Shown: positions 31,576 to 41,518, numbered from the stretch's first letter. The stretch is DNA of 64,000 bases from Candidatus Aminicenantales bacterium (GCA_050015275.1 JBEKBS010000009.1:719-64718); one strand, 5' to 3'. Translations and numbers: made by a program. The notes: generated by a model not told the origin, from the letters alone.

Positions 31576-31615
31576 CCCTGACCTGTCCCCCTTAAGTCGG
31601 TCCGGGTATAACGGG

Positions 31616-31641
31616 AAAAACCCGGGAGCGGTTTTTCATTG
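31616..31641. terminator. Candidate bidirectional intrinsic terminator between convergent gcvPB and the GH29 gene
   Basis: GGAAAAACCCGGGAGCGGTTTTTCATT has an A-run, stem, T-run arrangement, though the stem is weak and AT-rich. Confidence 0.35.
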
Positions 31642-31656
31642 ATCTGACGATCTGCA

Positions 31657-33219
31657 TCAATTCACGATATCGGCCTTCTTAATCTTGAATGACCAGGCAT
31701 AATGACAGGGGAGCTTATCGGGCATCTTATCGATCACAAGAGCACCACCCTCCTGGTGCCAGGGCAGATTTTTAGCGTACCCGAGCATATTGATGGTCGA
31801 CCCTGGTGCTAATTTGACCCCCGGGATCACCTCTCCTGCGGCCGGCATTTTCAGTTCGATGGCATAAAGATAATCATCTTTCTCCGTGAACCTGATCGTG
31901 CCGGCTTTCCAGCTATCCACGCCGCCCTTGGAAAAAGGAGCCGGCTTGGACCCATAGAGAGCTTCCTTATTGACTTTCATCCAGGCACCTAGCTTTTTCA
32001 GCATCTCGATCTGGTACTCTGGAATTGTCCCGTCGGCTCTGGGTCCGATGCTCAACAGCGTGACCCCATTCTTGCTTGTCCTGTCCACAATGTCGTCCAC
32101 GAGGTCGCCGGCATTTTTTTCAATCTCTTCGGACGTCATTTTAATGGTGTACTCATAGGCCCAGGAACATCCCGGCAACGGCATATCGGTCTGCCATTTG
32201 CGGATATCGGGTTCCTCTTTGCCGCCGCCTTCGAAATCCAGCGGTGAACAGGCGAGAGGCAGCTCCTGGCCCTTATGCGTCACGACAACGCCCAGACCCA
32301 ACTTCTCGTTCTTATTGAAATAATAGGCCATCATCTTGGGTATATAATCCGCGATGATCTCCTTATCCATGCAGCCTTCCAGCCAGATCATTTGGGGATT
32401 GTACTTATCGATGACCTCCATCGCTTTGTTGAAAAATTTTAGACACATCCTATGACGCGCGCCCGGTGAATCGTGCGGCTCGCCGTAGAGCCCGTAAAAA
32501 TCGGGATTATTGACATCGACGCCTTCGGGGCAGCCCTTTCTTCCTCCGTTGAAGTAGTTCCAGTTATTGCATCCATTATTGTGGAAGGTGACGATGAATT
32601 TCACGCCCTGCGCTTTCAAGGCCTTGGCGATGTCACCGACGATGTCCCGATGGGGGCCCATATTGACGGAATTCCACATCGTGACTTTGGAATCCCACAT
32701 CGAGAAGTTATCGTGGTGTTCAGCGCAGGGTCCGGCAAAATCCGCTCCGATCTCCTTGAAAAGCCTGGCCCATTCAGCGGGATTCCATTTCGCCGCCGTC
32801 AGCAGAGGAATGAAATCCTTGTAGCCGAACTGAGTGAACGGATCGCCCCAGACCTCCAGATGATGCTTATAGCAATCTCCCCCTCGATAATCAGGTCCGT
32901 TATCCGGCTCATACATGCTGCTCCCATACCAGCAGCTGTATCCGTAGCCGGCCACGGAATACGGCCCCCAATGCCAGTAGATTCCGAAAACGGCGTCCTC
33001 AAACCACTTGGGCATCTCCCACTGGGCCAGGGATTCCCAGTTCGTTTCATATGTTTTTTGCCTCATTGCCGGGATCATCTTTTCCCGGTCGAGGGACACC
33101 GAATCTCCCCGGGGGCCGGCTCCCTGGCCGGAGGACATTCCCAGAAATGATAATGCCAAGATCACGGATGACAGGAGTTTCGTGATATTCGCGCAATTGC
33201 GTCTTTTCGTTTTACTCAT
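31657..33219 (-). CDS. GH29 alpha-L-fucosidase, secreted
   Basis: GH29 motifs are present: WFEDAVFGIYWHWGPYSV, HHDNFSMWDS and LLSIGPRADGTIP. A signal peptide follows MSKTKRRNC; an alternative start MMRVM lies at 33231. Local GC is about 53-57% against about 65% background. Confidence 0.85.
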   Translation of the reverse strand: MSKTKRRNCANITKLLSSVILALSFLGMSSGQGAGPRGDSVSLDREKMIPAMRQKTYETNWESLAQWEMPKWFEDAVFGIYWHWGPYSVAGYGYSCWYGSSMYEPDNGPDYRGGDCYKHHLEVWGDPFTQFGYKDFIPLLTAAKWNPAEWARLFKEIGADFAGPCAEHHDNFSMWDSKVTMWNSVNMGPHRDIVGDIAKALKAQGVKFIVTFHNNGCNNWNYFNGGRKGCPEGVDVNNPDFYGLYGEPHDSPGARHRMCLKFFNKAMEVIDKYNPQMIWLEGCMDKEIIADYIPKMMAYYFNKNEKLGLGVVVTHKGQELPLACSPLDFEGGGKEEPDIRKWQTDMPLPGCSWAYEYTIKMTSEEIEKNAGDLVDDIVDRTSKNGVTLLSIGPRADGTIPEYQIEMLKKLGAWMKVNKEALYGSKPAPFSKGGVDSWKAGTIRFTEKDDYLYAIELKMPAAGEVIPGVKLAPGSTINMLGYAKNLPWHQEGGALVIDKMPDKLPCHYAWSFKIKKADIVN

Positions 33220-33428
33220 GACGCGCATCATAAGTTCAAGTTTGGGCCGTGTCAACAGACGGAGTATATGGGAAACTGTGTGAACCTCTGCCAAGGCAAA
33301 TTATCAATTGGAGAAGATCAATGAATTGCAGGTCAAGGGAAGACCCTGAACGTTTCACGATATGGGGCCAAGATCAAATAAGAAGAGCTTCGATGCGCCC
33401 GCCATCGAGAGGTCCTTCAAAAGCCGCC

Positions 33429-34814
33429 TCAAGTTCTGGCGATGGACTCTACTTCTTCGATTGTCTTGGGCTTCGGCTTCCCCAGGAGGCGCTTCCCGTC
33501 GGTCGTGATCAGGAAATTCTCCTCGTTGCGGATCCCTCCGAAATCCTCGTAGGCCTCGATCCGGTCGTAATTCAGGAAATCGGTGAGTCTGCCCGCGGCC
33601 TTCCATTGGTTGATGAGCTCGGGGATGAAGTAAATGCCGGGCTCGATCGTCAAGACGAACCCCGGCCTGAGTTCCCTGGCCAAGCGCAGGGATTTCAGGC
33701 CGAACTGGCTGCTCCTGGACATGCCTTCGTAGCCGACGTAGATCTCGCCGATGTCTTCCATGTCGTGGACGTCGAGGCCCATCATATGGCCGACGCCGCA
33801 TGGGAAGAAAAGGGCATGGGCGCCCTGGTGGACGGCCTCGTCCACATCCCCCTTCATGAGGCCGAGATCCTTGAGCCCGGCGGCGATCGTCCGGCAGGCC
33901 AAGAGATGGACATCGAGATTTTTCACGCCGGGCTTGAGGGCGCCGGCGGCGGCCTCGTGGGCGGCAAGGGCGATCTGATAGATCTCCCTTTGCCGCGGCG
34001 TGAACTTCGGTGAGACGGGGATAGTACTGGAGAGATCGCCGGCATAATGGAGAGCGCTCTCTGCCCCGGCATCGAGCAGGAACATGTCCCCGTCCTTCAG
34101 CCGGTTGCCGTGGTCATGATTGTGGAGTGTCTCGCCGTGGACTGTGGCGATGATCGGGAAGGCAATATCCCCCCCTGCGGCCAGTGCGATTCTGTAGACC
34201 TCGGCGGCGATTTCGGCTTCGCGGACGCCGGGATGGACCATGCGCATGGCGGCCATGTGCATATCGACGGAGGTGTTGACCGCAGCCTCGATTTCCTTCA
34301 CTTCCTCGGGGCCTTTGATCGCCCGCTGGCCGACGACCGCCTTGATAAGCTCGGCGGACGCCTCGGCTCCCGCCTTGTCGGGCGCAACCCCAAGTCCATC
34401 CATGAGCATGATCGCGTTTTCGGCGCGGTAAGGGGGCAGGAAATGGACCTTCCGACCCACGGCCTTTGCGGCCTTCAAGACGTCTCTGAGCGCGGCGCGG
34501 GGCCCCGTTTTTTCGACCCCGATGGCGAGCGCCCGCTCCCGGATCGTCGGCTGGGGGCCCATCCAGACGAAATCGTCGATCGTCAGGTCGTTGCCGTAGA
34601 TCGCGACGGTTCCCTCATCGAGGTCAATAACACCGGCCAGCCCGGCGAAGTCGAGACCGAAGAAATAGAGGAACGAGCTGTCCTGACGGAAATGATAGCC
34701 GTTATCCGCGTAATTCATCGGGCTCTCTTCGTTTCCCAGGAAGAGGACGAGGCCCGACCGGACGCGTTGTTTCAGGCGGTTCCGTCTTTCGATGTAAATG
34801 CTTTGATCAAACAT
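33429..34814 (-). CDS. Xaa-Pro aminopeptidase (M24B metallopeptidase, PepP-like)
   Basis: An aminopeptidase P N-terminal domain is followed by a pita-bread metal-ligand pattern (D...D...H...E...E: FLLDAGAE, HGVGHMMGLDVHD, TIEPGIY, NEEN). Confidence 0.8.
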   Translation of the reverse strand: MFDQSIYIERRNRLKQRVRSGLVLFLGNEESPMNYADNGYHFRQDSSFLYFFGLDFAGLAGVIDLDEGTVAIYGNDLTIDDFVWMGPQPTIRERALAIGVEKTGPRAALRDVLKAAKAVGRKVHFLPPYRAENAIMLMDGLGVAPDKAGAEASAELIKAVVGQRAIKGPEEVKEIEAAVNTSVDMHMAAMRMVHPGVREAEIAAEVYRIALAAGGDIAFPIIATVHGETLHNHDHGNRLKDGDMFLLDAGAESALHYAGDLSSTIPVSPKFTPRQREIYQIALAAHEAAAGALKPGVKNLDVHLLACRTIAAGLKDLGLMKGDVDEAVHQGAHALFFPCGVGHMMGLDVHDMEDIGEIYVGYEGMSRSSQFGLKSLRLARELRPGFVLTIEPGIYFIPELINQWKAAGRLTDFLNYDRIEAYEDFGGIRNEENFLITTDGKRLLGKPKPKTIEEVESIART

Positions 34815-34969
34815 GGCGATTCCTATATGACCCAGGGCCTCATTTTATCATCCTTTCGGATGATTGTCAGCCGCGGAATTCCCCGTTCAATGCCCTGAGG
34901 CCGCACCCGCTTGCTAATCCCCTTCATAATCAACGATCAGTGGGGGAGTAGGGGGCTAGGCGGGAGAGG

Positions 34970-34989
34970 ATTGTGACCAAATTGTGACC
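34970..34989. promoter_or_regulatory. Tandem direct repeat ATTGTGACC-N2-ATTGTGACC with 11-bp periodicity in a divergent promoter region
   Basis: Exact 9-mer repeats have centres 11 bp apart, the architecture typical of winged-helix response-regulator (OmpR/PhoB-like) sites. They lie between divergent M24 aminopeptidase and DUF1579 genes. Confidence 0.3.
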
Positions 34990-35173
34990 GTGGAGAGTCT
35001 GCCCGTTAGATTGAGCAGTGGACTCCGGATCTTTCCGCTTCGGTTGACTTCGTATTTTTTCGGTGCTATAAGTTAACCAGCAAGAGATTCAGGGGAAGTC
35101 GTCGGTCAGCTTTTACGTAAAAACCATCTTTGCCGTCCCCGCGTCTCTGAATCAGTTTAAAAGGAGGGCTTTC

Positions 35174-35728
35174 ATGAAACGCATGGCTCTTGCGGTCGGC
35201 GTGGTCGTCTTGGTTTTCGCGGTCTCGCTCTGGGCACAAACGACGGCTCCGAAGCCCGATCCCGAGATCACGAAGTTTGAGGTCTTTTTGGGCCATTGGA
35301 CATACGCAGCAGAATACAAGGCCAGCCCATTAGGGCCCGCCAGCAAGGTCACAGGAGAATTATCCGGCAGGAAGATTCTCGGGGGCTTCTTTATCGAGAA
35401 CCAGTCTACAGAAAAAGGGGCTATGGGAGAGACACGAGCTATTGAAATTGTCGGGTACGACCCGGCGAACAAGGCCTTTTTCAGTAATGAATACCATGAT
35501 GATGGAAATATGTTTACCGGGGCGTACGTCTTCAATGGAAACACAGTAACCTATTCGGGAAAGTTCATCGTCGGGGGCAAGCCGTATATGGCCAAGTTCA
35601 CCATGATAATTGCGGCGGACTCGATGAGCTTTGTAGGTAAGGGTGAGATCTCAACCGACGGCAATTCCTGGGCACCGTGGCTCGGGGCTAAATATGCGAA
35701 GGTCCTCAAGCCCGCACCGAAGAAGTAG
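35174..35728 (+). CDS. Secreted DUF1579-like hypothetical protein
   Basis: A GGAGGG SD and a signal peptide are present. The beta-rich 184-aa product has an LGHWTY-type block. The region has lower GC (about 50%). The family assignment is tentative. Confidence 0.45.
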   Translation: MKRMALAVGVVVLVFAVSLWAQTTAPKPDPEITKFEVFLGHWTYAAEYKASPLGPASKVTGELSGRKILGGFFIENQSTEKGAMGETRAIEIVGYDPANKAFFSNEYHDDGNMFTGAYVFNGNTVTYSGKFIVGGKPYMAKFTMIIAADSMSFVGKGEISTDGNSWAPWLGAKYAKVLKPAPKK

Positions 35729-35810
35729 CTGACAGCCGATTTAAGGGGGGGCAGGTCACTCCCCGTCCAGCATCAAAACGGGGACCGGGTGTTGCGCCCC
35801 CATGACCTTA

Positions 35811-36086
35811 GAACTCGAGCCGAAAGGTGAGGCCGCCCGGCCAAACGCTCAACGTCCAATGGCCCTCCGGCCGGATCAGCCTGGTGTCCCCGTTCTTCCC
35901 CAGGTATTTCGCCTCGTATTCCTTCAGGTCGCGGGTCGCCCGCATCGGCTGGGTGAAGATGTTGAGGGAGGAGATGGCTTCGATGCCCGCGAATGAGACG
36001 AACGCGCTGCCCTAGGACTGGCGGAACATAGCCTTGGCCACGAGCGCGCCAGCGGCGTCGGCGCCGATGTTCAGCAGGTGGGTCGT
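35811..36086 (-). pseudogene. Remnant of an outer-membrane beta-barrel protein C-terminus with an in-frame TAG
   Basis: The minus-strand frame reads ...THLLNIGADAAGALVAKAMFRQS-TAG-GSAFVSFAGIEAISSLNIFTQPMRATRDLKEYEAKYLGKNGDTRLIRPEGHWTLSVWPGGLTFRLEF-stop. The C-terminal LEF suggests an OMP. The internal amber lies inside a CCTAGG palindrome. No proper start is present. Confidence 0.3.
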
Positions 36087-36143
36087 TTAGCTCCGTCCCG
36101 ATGTCTCCTGTCGGGCACAGCGGCGCAGAAGCTCCTCGGCTTT

Positions 36144-36587
36144 TCAAAGCTTCGCCCGCCGTTCCTCCGGCGTCGCTTCCTGGAGGGGATGCAGCTTGTT
36201 CGGGGCGTAGGCCGGCACGAACGGGTCGAGGAGAAGGGCCCCGACTCCCAGGGCGAGGGTCGCCCCGGCCACGAGCATGCCCTCGGCGAACTCCTGGTCA
36301 GGGACAGTTTCGCCATTCTCGATCTTCTTTTTGGTCCAACGGGAGGCCGCCAGGGTGCCTCCGGCGACGGATCCGGCGAAAGATACGGCCAGCCAGCCGT
36401 AGCACCACATCTCAACCCGGGGCTGGGCTGAACGCAGGGCGTTCTCGATATAGCCCAGGCGTTCTTTCACCTGATCGTCCGAAAGCGCCGCCGTTTGCTG
36501 CGCCCGGGCGATGCCTGAGGGAACGAGCTGCAGGATCAGCGCGATGACCATCCCCGAATAAAAAGGCCGGAGAGAAAAACGGTTCAT
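36144..36587 (-). CDS. Hypothetical exported/membrane protein (147 aa)
   Basis: A signal peptide is followed by a Gly/Ala-rich TM-like C-terminal region. No family is recognised. Confidence 0.45.
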   Translation of the reverse strand: MNRFSLRPFYSGMVIALILQLVPSGIARAQQTAALSDDQVKERLGYIENALRSAQPRVEMWCYGWLAVSFAGSVAGGTLAASRWTKKKIENGETVPDQEFAEGMLVAGATLALGVGALLLDPFVPAYAPNKLHPLQEATPEERRAKL

Positions 36588-36815
36588 GAGGACGCCTTTC
36601 GGGAACGTTAGGAATGTCCTTTGTTGCGATAGAAAGTAGGGCAGCCCGGGGCCGATGTCAAATAGAGAAAAAACGCCTGCCTTTGCTGGGCGGCACCACC
36701 TGAATCGGGAATGTAAGGGGGAGGTTTACTTCGGCATGGCCATCCTCGGGGACGATTTCTGGGGGACCTTCACGACCGGCCCGGCCACTTTGCTCCTTTC
36801 CGGAAATCTGCTATC

Positions 36816-37751
36816 ATGGCCTTTCTCAAGGCCATGGACGCATTCATCACGGCGCGGGATCTCACCAAGAAATACGGGGAGTTGACCGCCGTCGACCGGA
36901 TCTCCTTCGAGATCCGGGAGGGCGAATGCTTCGGCTTCCTGGGGCCGAACGGCGCCGGCAAGACCTCGACGGTCAAGATCATCCATTGCGTCTCGCCGTT
37001 GACCTCCGGCACTCTGAGCGTCGACGGCATGCCCGCCCATACCGGCAACCGCGCCATCAAGCAGATGACCGGCGTCATCCCCCAGGAGATCACCCTCGAC
37101 CCCGACCTCACGGTGACCGAGAACATGACCATCTTCGCCCGGTTCTTCGACATCCCCCGGCGCGAGGCCCGGCCCCGGATCGACGAACTCCTGAAGTTCG
37201 TCGAGCTCGAGGGCAAGCGGACGAGCAAGATCGACGAGCTGTCGACCGGCATGAAACGGCGGCTGCTCGTCGCCCGGGCCCTCCTCAACCGCCCGAAGCT
37301 CATCGTCGCCGACGAGCCGACGACGGGGCTCGACCCCCAGGCCCGGCACATGATCTGGCAGCGGCTCCGGCAGCTCAAGACCCAGGGAGCAACGCTCATC
37401 CTGACGACTCAGTACATGGAGGAAGCCCAGCAGCTCTGCGACAGGATCGTCGTCATGCACCAGGGGAAGATCCTTCGTGAAGGTCTCCCCCTGAGGCTCA
37501 TCGAGGAGGAGATCGGCCGGGAGGTCGTCGAGATCCGGATCGGCCGGGAGGAGGACGACCGGCTCATCCGCGAGCTCGGGTCCTTCGCCTGCGGCCATGA
37601 GCGCGTCGGCGACACGCTCTTCTTCTACTGCCGCGACGGCCACGACATCATGCGCAAGCTCGTCGAGCTCGACCTCCCCAACACCTGGACCCGGCCGGCG
37701 ACGCTCGAGGACGTCTTCCTGAAGCTCACGGGCAGGGGGCTCATCGAATGA
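36816..37751 (+). CDS. ABC-2 type exporter ATP-binding protein (NodI/DrrA-like)
   Basis: Walker A GPNGAGKTS, signature LSTGMKRRL and Walker B LIVADEPTTGLD are present. The 311-aa product has the C-terminal extension typical of the NodI family. Confidence 0.85.
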   Translation: MAFLKAMDAFITARDLTKKYGELTAVDRISFEIREGECFGFLGPNGAGKTSTVKIIHCVSPLTSGTLSVDGMPAHTGNRAIKQMTGVIPQEITLDPDLTVTENMTIFARFFDIPRREARPRIDELLKFVELEGKRTSKIDELSTGMKRRLLVARALLNRPKLIVADEPTTGLDPQARHMIWQRLRQLKTQGATLILTTQYMEEAQQLCDRIVVMHQGKILREGLPLRLIEEEIGREVVEIRIGREEDDRLIRELGSFACGHERVGDTLFFYCRDGHDIMRKLVELDLPNTWTRPATLEDVFLKLTGRGLIE

Positions 37752-38515
37752 ACCTGTCCTACAGGATCTACCACGTCTTCGTCCGCAATCTCTACTCGTA
37801 CAAGCGGTTCGTCGTCTCGACGTTCCTCGTCAGCCTCATCGAGCCGCTGTTCTACCTCATCACTTTCGGCATCGGCATGGGCGCCTACATGGGCCTGTTC
37901 GGCGGCAAGCCCTATCTTTATTTTCTCGTGCCCGGAGTCCTCGTCTCGTCGGTCATGATGTCGTCGACGTTCGAGTGCCTGTACGGGACGTTCGTCAAGA
38001 TGGTCCACGAGAAGCTCTACGAATCCCTGATCGCGACGCCGGTCTCCGCGGAGGACGCCGTGGCCGGCGACATCGCCTGGGGGGCTGCCCGCGGCCTCAT
38101 CAGCGGTGTCCTGATGATGCTCGTCTCCATGGCCATGGGCATTCTCCCCGTCTCGATCCCGAGCGTCCTCATCATCCTCGTCCTGATGGTCTTCGTCGGC
38201 GTCCTCTTCGCCTCGCTGGCCATGATCGTGACCTCCGTCTCGCCGAGCTTCGACTTCTTCAATTACTACACGGAGCTCGTCATCACGCCCATGCTCTTCT
38301 TCTCGGGAGTTTTCTTCCCCCTGGACAAGTTCCCGGCCTGGATGCAGAAGCTCTCCGAGTTCATGCCGCTGACCCACGCCGTCAAGATCTCGCGGGCCGT
38401 CTTCTCGGGCGAATACCACGCCAGGTACATCTGGAATTTTCTGGTCATCTTCGTCCTGGAAACCGTCGCCTTCGTCGTCGGCATCCGGATGATGAAAAAG
38501 AGGCTCATCAAGTGA
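37748..38515 (+). CDS. ABC-2 type transporter permease (NodJ-like)
   Basis: An ATGA overlap joins it to the ATPase. Six TM helices carry the ABC-2 family pattern. Confidence 0.85.
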   Translation: MNLSYRIYHVFVRNLYSYKRFVVSTFLVSLIEPLFYLITFGIGMGAYMGLFGGKPYLYFLVPGVLVSSVMMSSTFECLYGTFVKMVHEKLYESLIATPVSAEDAVAGDIAWGAARGLISGVLMMLVSMAMGILPVSIPSVLIILVLMVFVGVLFASLAMIVTSVSPSFDFFNYYTELVITPMLFFSGVFFPLDKFPAWMQKLSEFMPLTHAVKISRAVFSGEYHARYIWNFLVIFVLETVAFVVGIRMMKKRLIK

Positions 38516-38794
38516 TGAACTGAGAGCCCGGCATCCTCCGGGCTTCCATCCCCGCCATTCTCCAAGCTGACCATCGGAGCCCGACTTTGCCCGGCGTCGG
38601 CGGCCGGGAGGGGGGTGATATCCCCTTGTCCCGGGGGGACCGCTTGGGTTCCCCTTTCCCCGTTTGGGGGGAGGGAAATATCCCCAGCGGATTCACTCTT
38701 AAAGGGGATTCCGGGGATTCCGGGGCGCCGACATAATGACTATGAGAGATGGAGGCGTGCAGAACTGCCGCCATCCGTCGGAACGGAGGTTAAT

Positions 38795-39424
38795 ATGAGA
38801 AAACTGACTGCGGCCCTGGTGGTCGGCGCCTTTGCCTGCCTGCTCGCGCTGCCCGGTCCCGCGGCTGCCAACGTGCAGTTCGGTATCAAGGGCGGGGGCA
38901 ACATGGCGACGATCACGGGCGCGGACGCCCAGGACATCAACGGGACCCTGAAGGACAAGGTCGGGTTCGTGGCCGGCGTTTTTCTGGCCTTCAACATGGG
39001 GAGCGTCTTCACCCTCCAGCTCGAGGGCCTCTACACGATGAAAGGGGTCGACACGACCTACACCGACGTGGACACGACCTACTCTGACAAGCTTTACGCG
39101 AATTACATCGAAGTCCCGCTGCTCTTTAAGTTCCGGATCCCGACCCCGCTCGTTTCGCCGTTCGTGTTCTTCGGACCGGCCGTCGGATTCAAGCTGAACG
39201 AAAAAGTCGTGGAGAACGGCCAGACCGTTCCCCTGACCCAGGCGCTTTTCAAGAACAACGACTACGGCGCCATCTTCGGCGGCGGCCTGAATATCGGCAG
39301 CCATTTCCAGATCGACGTCCGATACAGCATGGGCCTGGAGAAGGTCATTGCCACCGTCCAGGGACAGACCCCTCTCGATATCAAGAATGGGGTCTGGTCG
39401 GGGACCATCGGCATCGCATTCTAG
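38795..39424 (+). CDS. Small outer-membrane beta-barrel protein (OmpW/OmpA-like porin family)
   Basis: SD GGAGG precedes ATG 38795. A signal peptide ends in AAA-N. Alternating amphipathic beta-strands end in the C-terminal ...GTIGIAF (terminal Phe). Confidence 0.7.
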   Translation: MRKLTAALVVGAFACLLALPGPAAANVQFGIKGGGNMATITGADAQDINGTLKDKVGFVAGVFLAFNMGSVFTLQLEGLYTMKGVDTTYTDVDTTYSDKLYANYIEVPLLFKFRIPTPLVSPFVFFGPAVGFKLNEKVVENGQTVPLTQALFKNNDYGAIFGGGLNIGSHFQIDVRYSMGLEKVIATVQGQTPLDIKNGVWSGTIGIAF

Positions 39425-39444
39425 CTCGTCGCGGCCTATTTCTA

Positions 39445-39487
39445 AAAAACGGGGCGCCTCGCGCAGCGGGGCGCCTTATTTTTTCTC
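39445..39487 (+). terminator. Rho-independent terminator after the OMP gene
   Basis: AAAAAACGGGGCGCCTCGCGCAGCGGGGCGCC forms a GC hairpin and is followed by TTATTTTTTCT. Confidence 0.45.
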
Positions 39488-39543
39488 CTTAGGTTTCCGG
39501 GGGATTTGACAATCCCTTATCTTTCCCCGACACTGATATCGTC

Positions 39544-40242
39544 ATGCGATTCCCCCCGGCCTGGAGAAATGCCTTCGCGATCGCCGCTCTTGCCCCGGCT
39601 CTCACTATCGCTTCGGGCCTTGAAGCTTCCCACGGCCTCGGCGCGGTCCCCGTTCAGGCCGGGACGGCCGACCCGCAGATGGGCCTCACTCCGCAGGAGA
39701 GGGCGGACATCCTCAAAGGGGGCATCATTGTCAGGGACCTGCCGAACCCCGCGAGGCCGGGCAAGACCTTTGAGGCGCTGGGGTCGTTCCCGGGCGGGCT
39801 CGATGAGGCCTACGCAGTCATCACGGATTACCGGCGCTACCCGGAGTTCATGCCCCGCGTCGAGCGCGTCGCCGTCCGTGACGTGAACGCGACGACCTCC
39901 ATCGTGGAGATCCGGCTGGCGTTCCCTCTAGGCCAATCCAGGCAGTATCGCTTGGAATACCGGGCCGCGAGGAGCGGCGAAGGATTTGAGATCAGCTGGG
40001 AAAAATTGCCCTGGCCCGGTCTCCCGCCGGGTCAGACGGTGAAAGACACGTCCGGTCGCTGGCTGGTCAGAAGAGCAGGAGCGAGCGGGGTCCTGGCGGC
40101 CTACCTCGTCTACTCGGACCCGGGCCCTGTTCCCCTGGGCCTGACGGGCACGGCCCAAGCTCTGAGCAAAAGGGGCCTGGCCGACGTGATCGAAAGGACG
40201 AGGCGAAGGATCCGGGAGCTCTTCCCGCCGGACAAGAGATAG
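39544..40242 (+). CDS. Secreted SRPBCC-superfamily protein (polyketide cyclase/dehydrase-like lipid-binding fold)
   Basis: A signal peptide is present. The core AYAVITDYRRYPEFMP...VEIRLAFPLG resembles the cyclase/dehydrase START-like fold. The assignment is moderate. Confidence 0.5.
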   Translation: MRFPPAWRNAFAIAALAPALTIASGLEASHGLGAVPVQAGTADPQMGLTPQERADILKGGIIVRDLPNPARPGKTFEALGSFPGGLDEAYAVITDYRRYPEFMPRVERVAVRDVNATTSIVEIRLAFPLGQSRQYRLEYRAARSGEGFEISWEKLPWPGLPPGQTVKDTSGRWLVRRAGASGVLAAYLVYSDPGPVPLGLTGTAQALSKRGLADVIERTRRRIRELFPPDKR

Positions 40243-40251
40243 GAGCCCGGC

Positions 40252-41277
40252 CTAGAATTCCTTCCCGTACCGGCCGGCCGAGCCCAGGACGTCCCGGTTC
40301 TTCCTCTTGTACATCTCGATGAGCGCGGTCCGGGCCGGGCCCAGGTACTTGCGCGGGTCGAATTCCGACGGCTGTTCCACGAAGATTTTCCTGATCGTGG
40401 CGGTCATGACCATCCGGCCGTCCGTGTCGATGTTGATCTTGCAGACCGCCGATTTCGCGGCCTGCCGGAGCTGGTCCTCAGGGACCCCGATGGCGTCCTT
40501 CATCGCGCCGCCGTACTTGTTGATCGTGGCCACGGCGTCCTGGATGACGGACGAGGCCCCATGCAGGACGATGGGAAAGCCCGGGAGCCGCTTTTCGACC
40601 TCCTCCAGGATGTCGAACCGGAGGGGCGGCGGGATGAGAACCCCGCGCTCGTCCCGGGTGCACTGTTCGGGCTTGAACTTGTAAGCGCCGTGCGATGTCC
40701 CGATCGAGATGGCCAGTGAGCCGACGCCGGTCCGGCCGACGAAGTCGACGACCTCGTCGGGCCGGGTGTAGGTGGATTTCTCCGCCTTGACCTTGTCCTC
40801 GATGCCGGCCAGGACGCCGAGCTCGCCCTCGACGGAGACGTCGCGCTCCCGGGCATAAGCGACGACCTGTTTCGTGAGAGCGATGTTCTCCTCGTACGGG
40901 AGGTGGGAGCCATCGATCATCACCGACGAGAAGCCGCTGTCGATGCAGGATCTCGCCAGATCGAACGTGTCGCCGTGATCGAGGTGGAGGGTGATGGGGC
41001 TTTCCCCGTCGGCCCCGTGCGCCTTCTCCATCTCCCGGGCCATCTTCACGGCGCCTTCCGCCATGTAGCGGAGGAGGGTCTGGTTGGCGTATTTCCGGGC
41101 CCCGCTCGAGACCTGGAGGATGACGGGAGAACGGGTCTCGACACAGGCGGTGATGATGGCCTGGAGCTGTTCCATGTTGTTGAAATTGTAGGCCGGGACC
41201 GCGTATCGTCCCTCGAAAGCCCTATGGAACATCTCGCGGGTGTTCGACAATCCGAGGTCTTTATAAGAAATGGGCAT
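40252..41277 (-). CDS. fba: Class II fructose-bisphosphate aldolase
   Basis: It is collinear with FbaA: MPISYKDLG...AVPAYNFNNMEQLQAI..SPVILQ, LHLDHG and GTSHGAYKF. The start at 41277 has SD GGGAGG. Confidence 0.9.
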   Translation of the reverse strand: MPISYKDLGLSNTREMFHRAFEGRYAVPAYNFNNMEQLQAIITACVETRSPVILQVSSGARKYANQTLLRYMAEGAVKMAREMEKAHGADGESPITLHLDHGDTFDLARSCIDSGFSSVMIDGSHLPYEENIALTKQVVAYARERDVSVEGELGVLAGIEDKVKAEKSTYTRPDEVVDFVGRTGVGSLAISIGTSHGAYKFKPEQCTRDERGVLIPPPLRFDILEEVEKRLPGFPIVLHGASSVIQDAVATINKYGGAMKDAIGVPEDQLRQAAKSAVCKINIDTDGRMVMTATIRKIFVEQPSEFDPRKYLGPARTALIEMYKRKNRDVLGSAGRYGKEF

Positions 41278-41518
41278 GATGAAACCTCCCGGCCAAATCA
41301 TACCCGAATCGCTGTCCTTTTACAAAGGAACGTTGAGGAGGATAGCCTCCATTCTCATGGAGGTTGAGCTCGGGGGATTCCCTATTGAAGTTATCTTGTC
41401 TTTTGATGGGCCGTCTGGTATAACCGCTGACAGTGGGATATCGAGCCGATTCCGGACCCGCCCTGCGCCCCGTATCTTCCGGAATATCGTCCTGGTCCCG
41501 GAGTCCAAGGAGTCCGTC

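Noticed and set aside
36078-36547. Plus-strand ORFs of 117 and 148 aa
   Set aside because: They are antisense to the 147-aa exported protein gene and the OMP remnant, and are Arg/Pro/Gly-rich.
38600-38730. CRISPR array
   Set aside because: The repeats are short G-rich motifs of irregular spacing, not a 25-40 bp repeat-spacer array. No cas genes are present.
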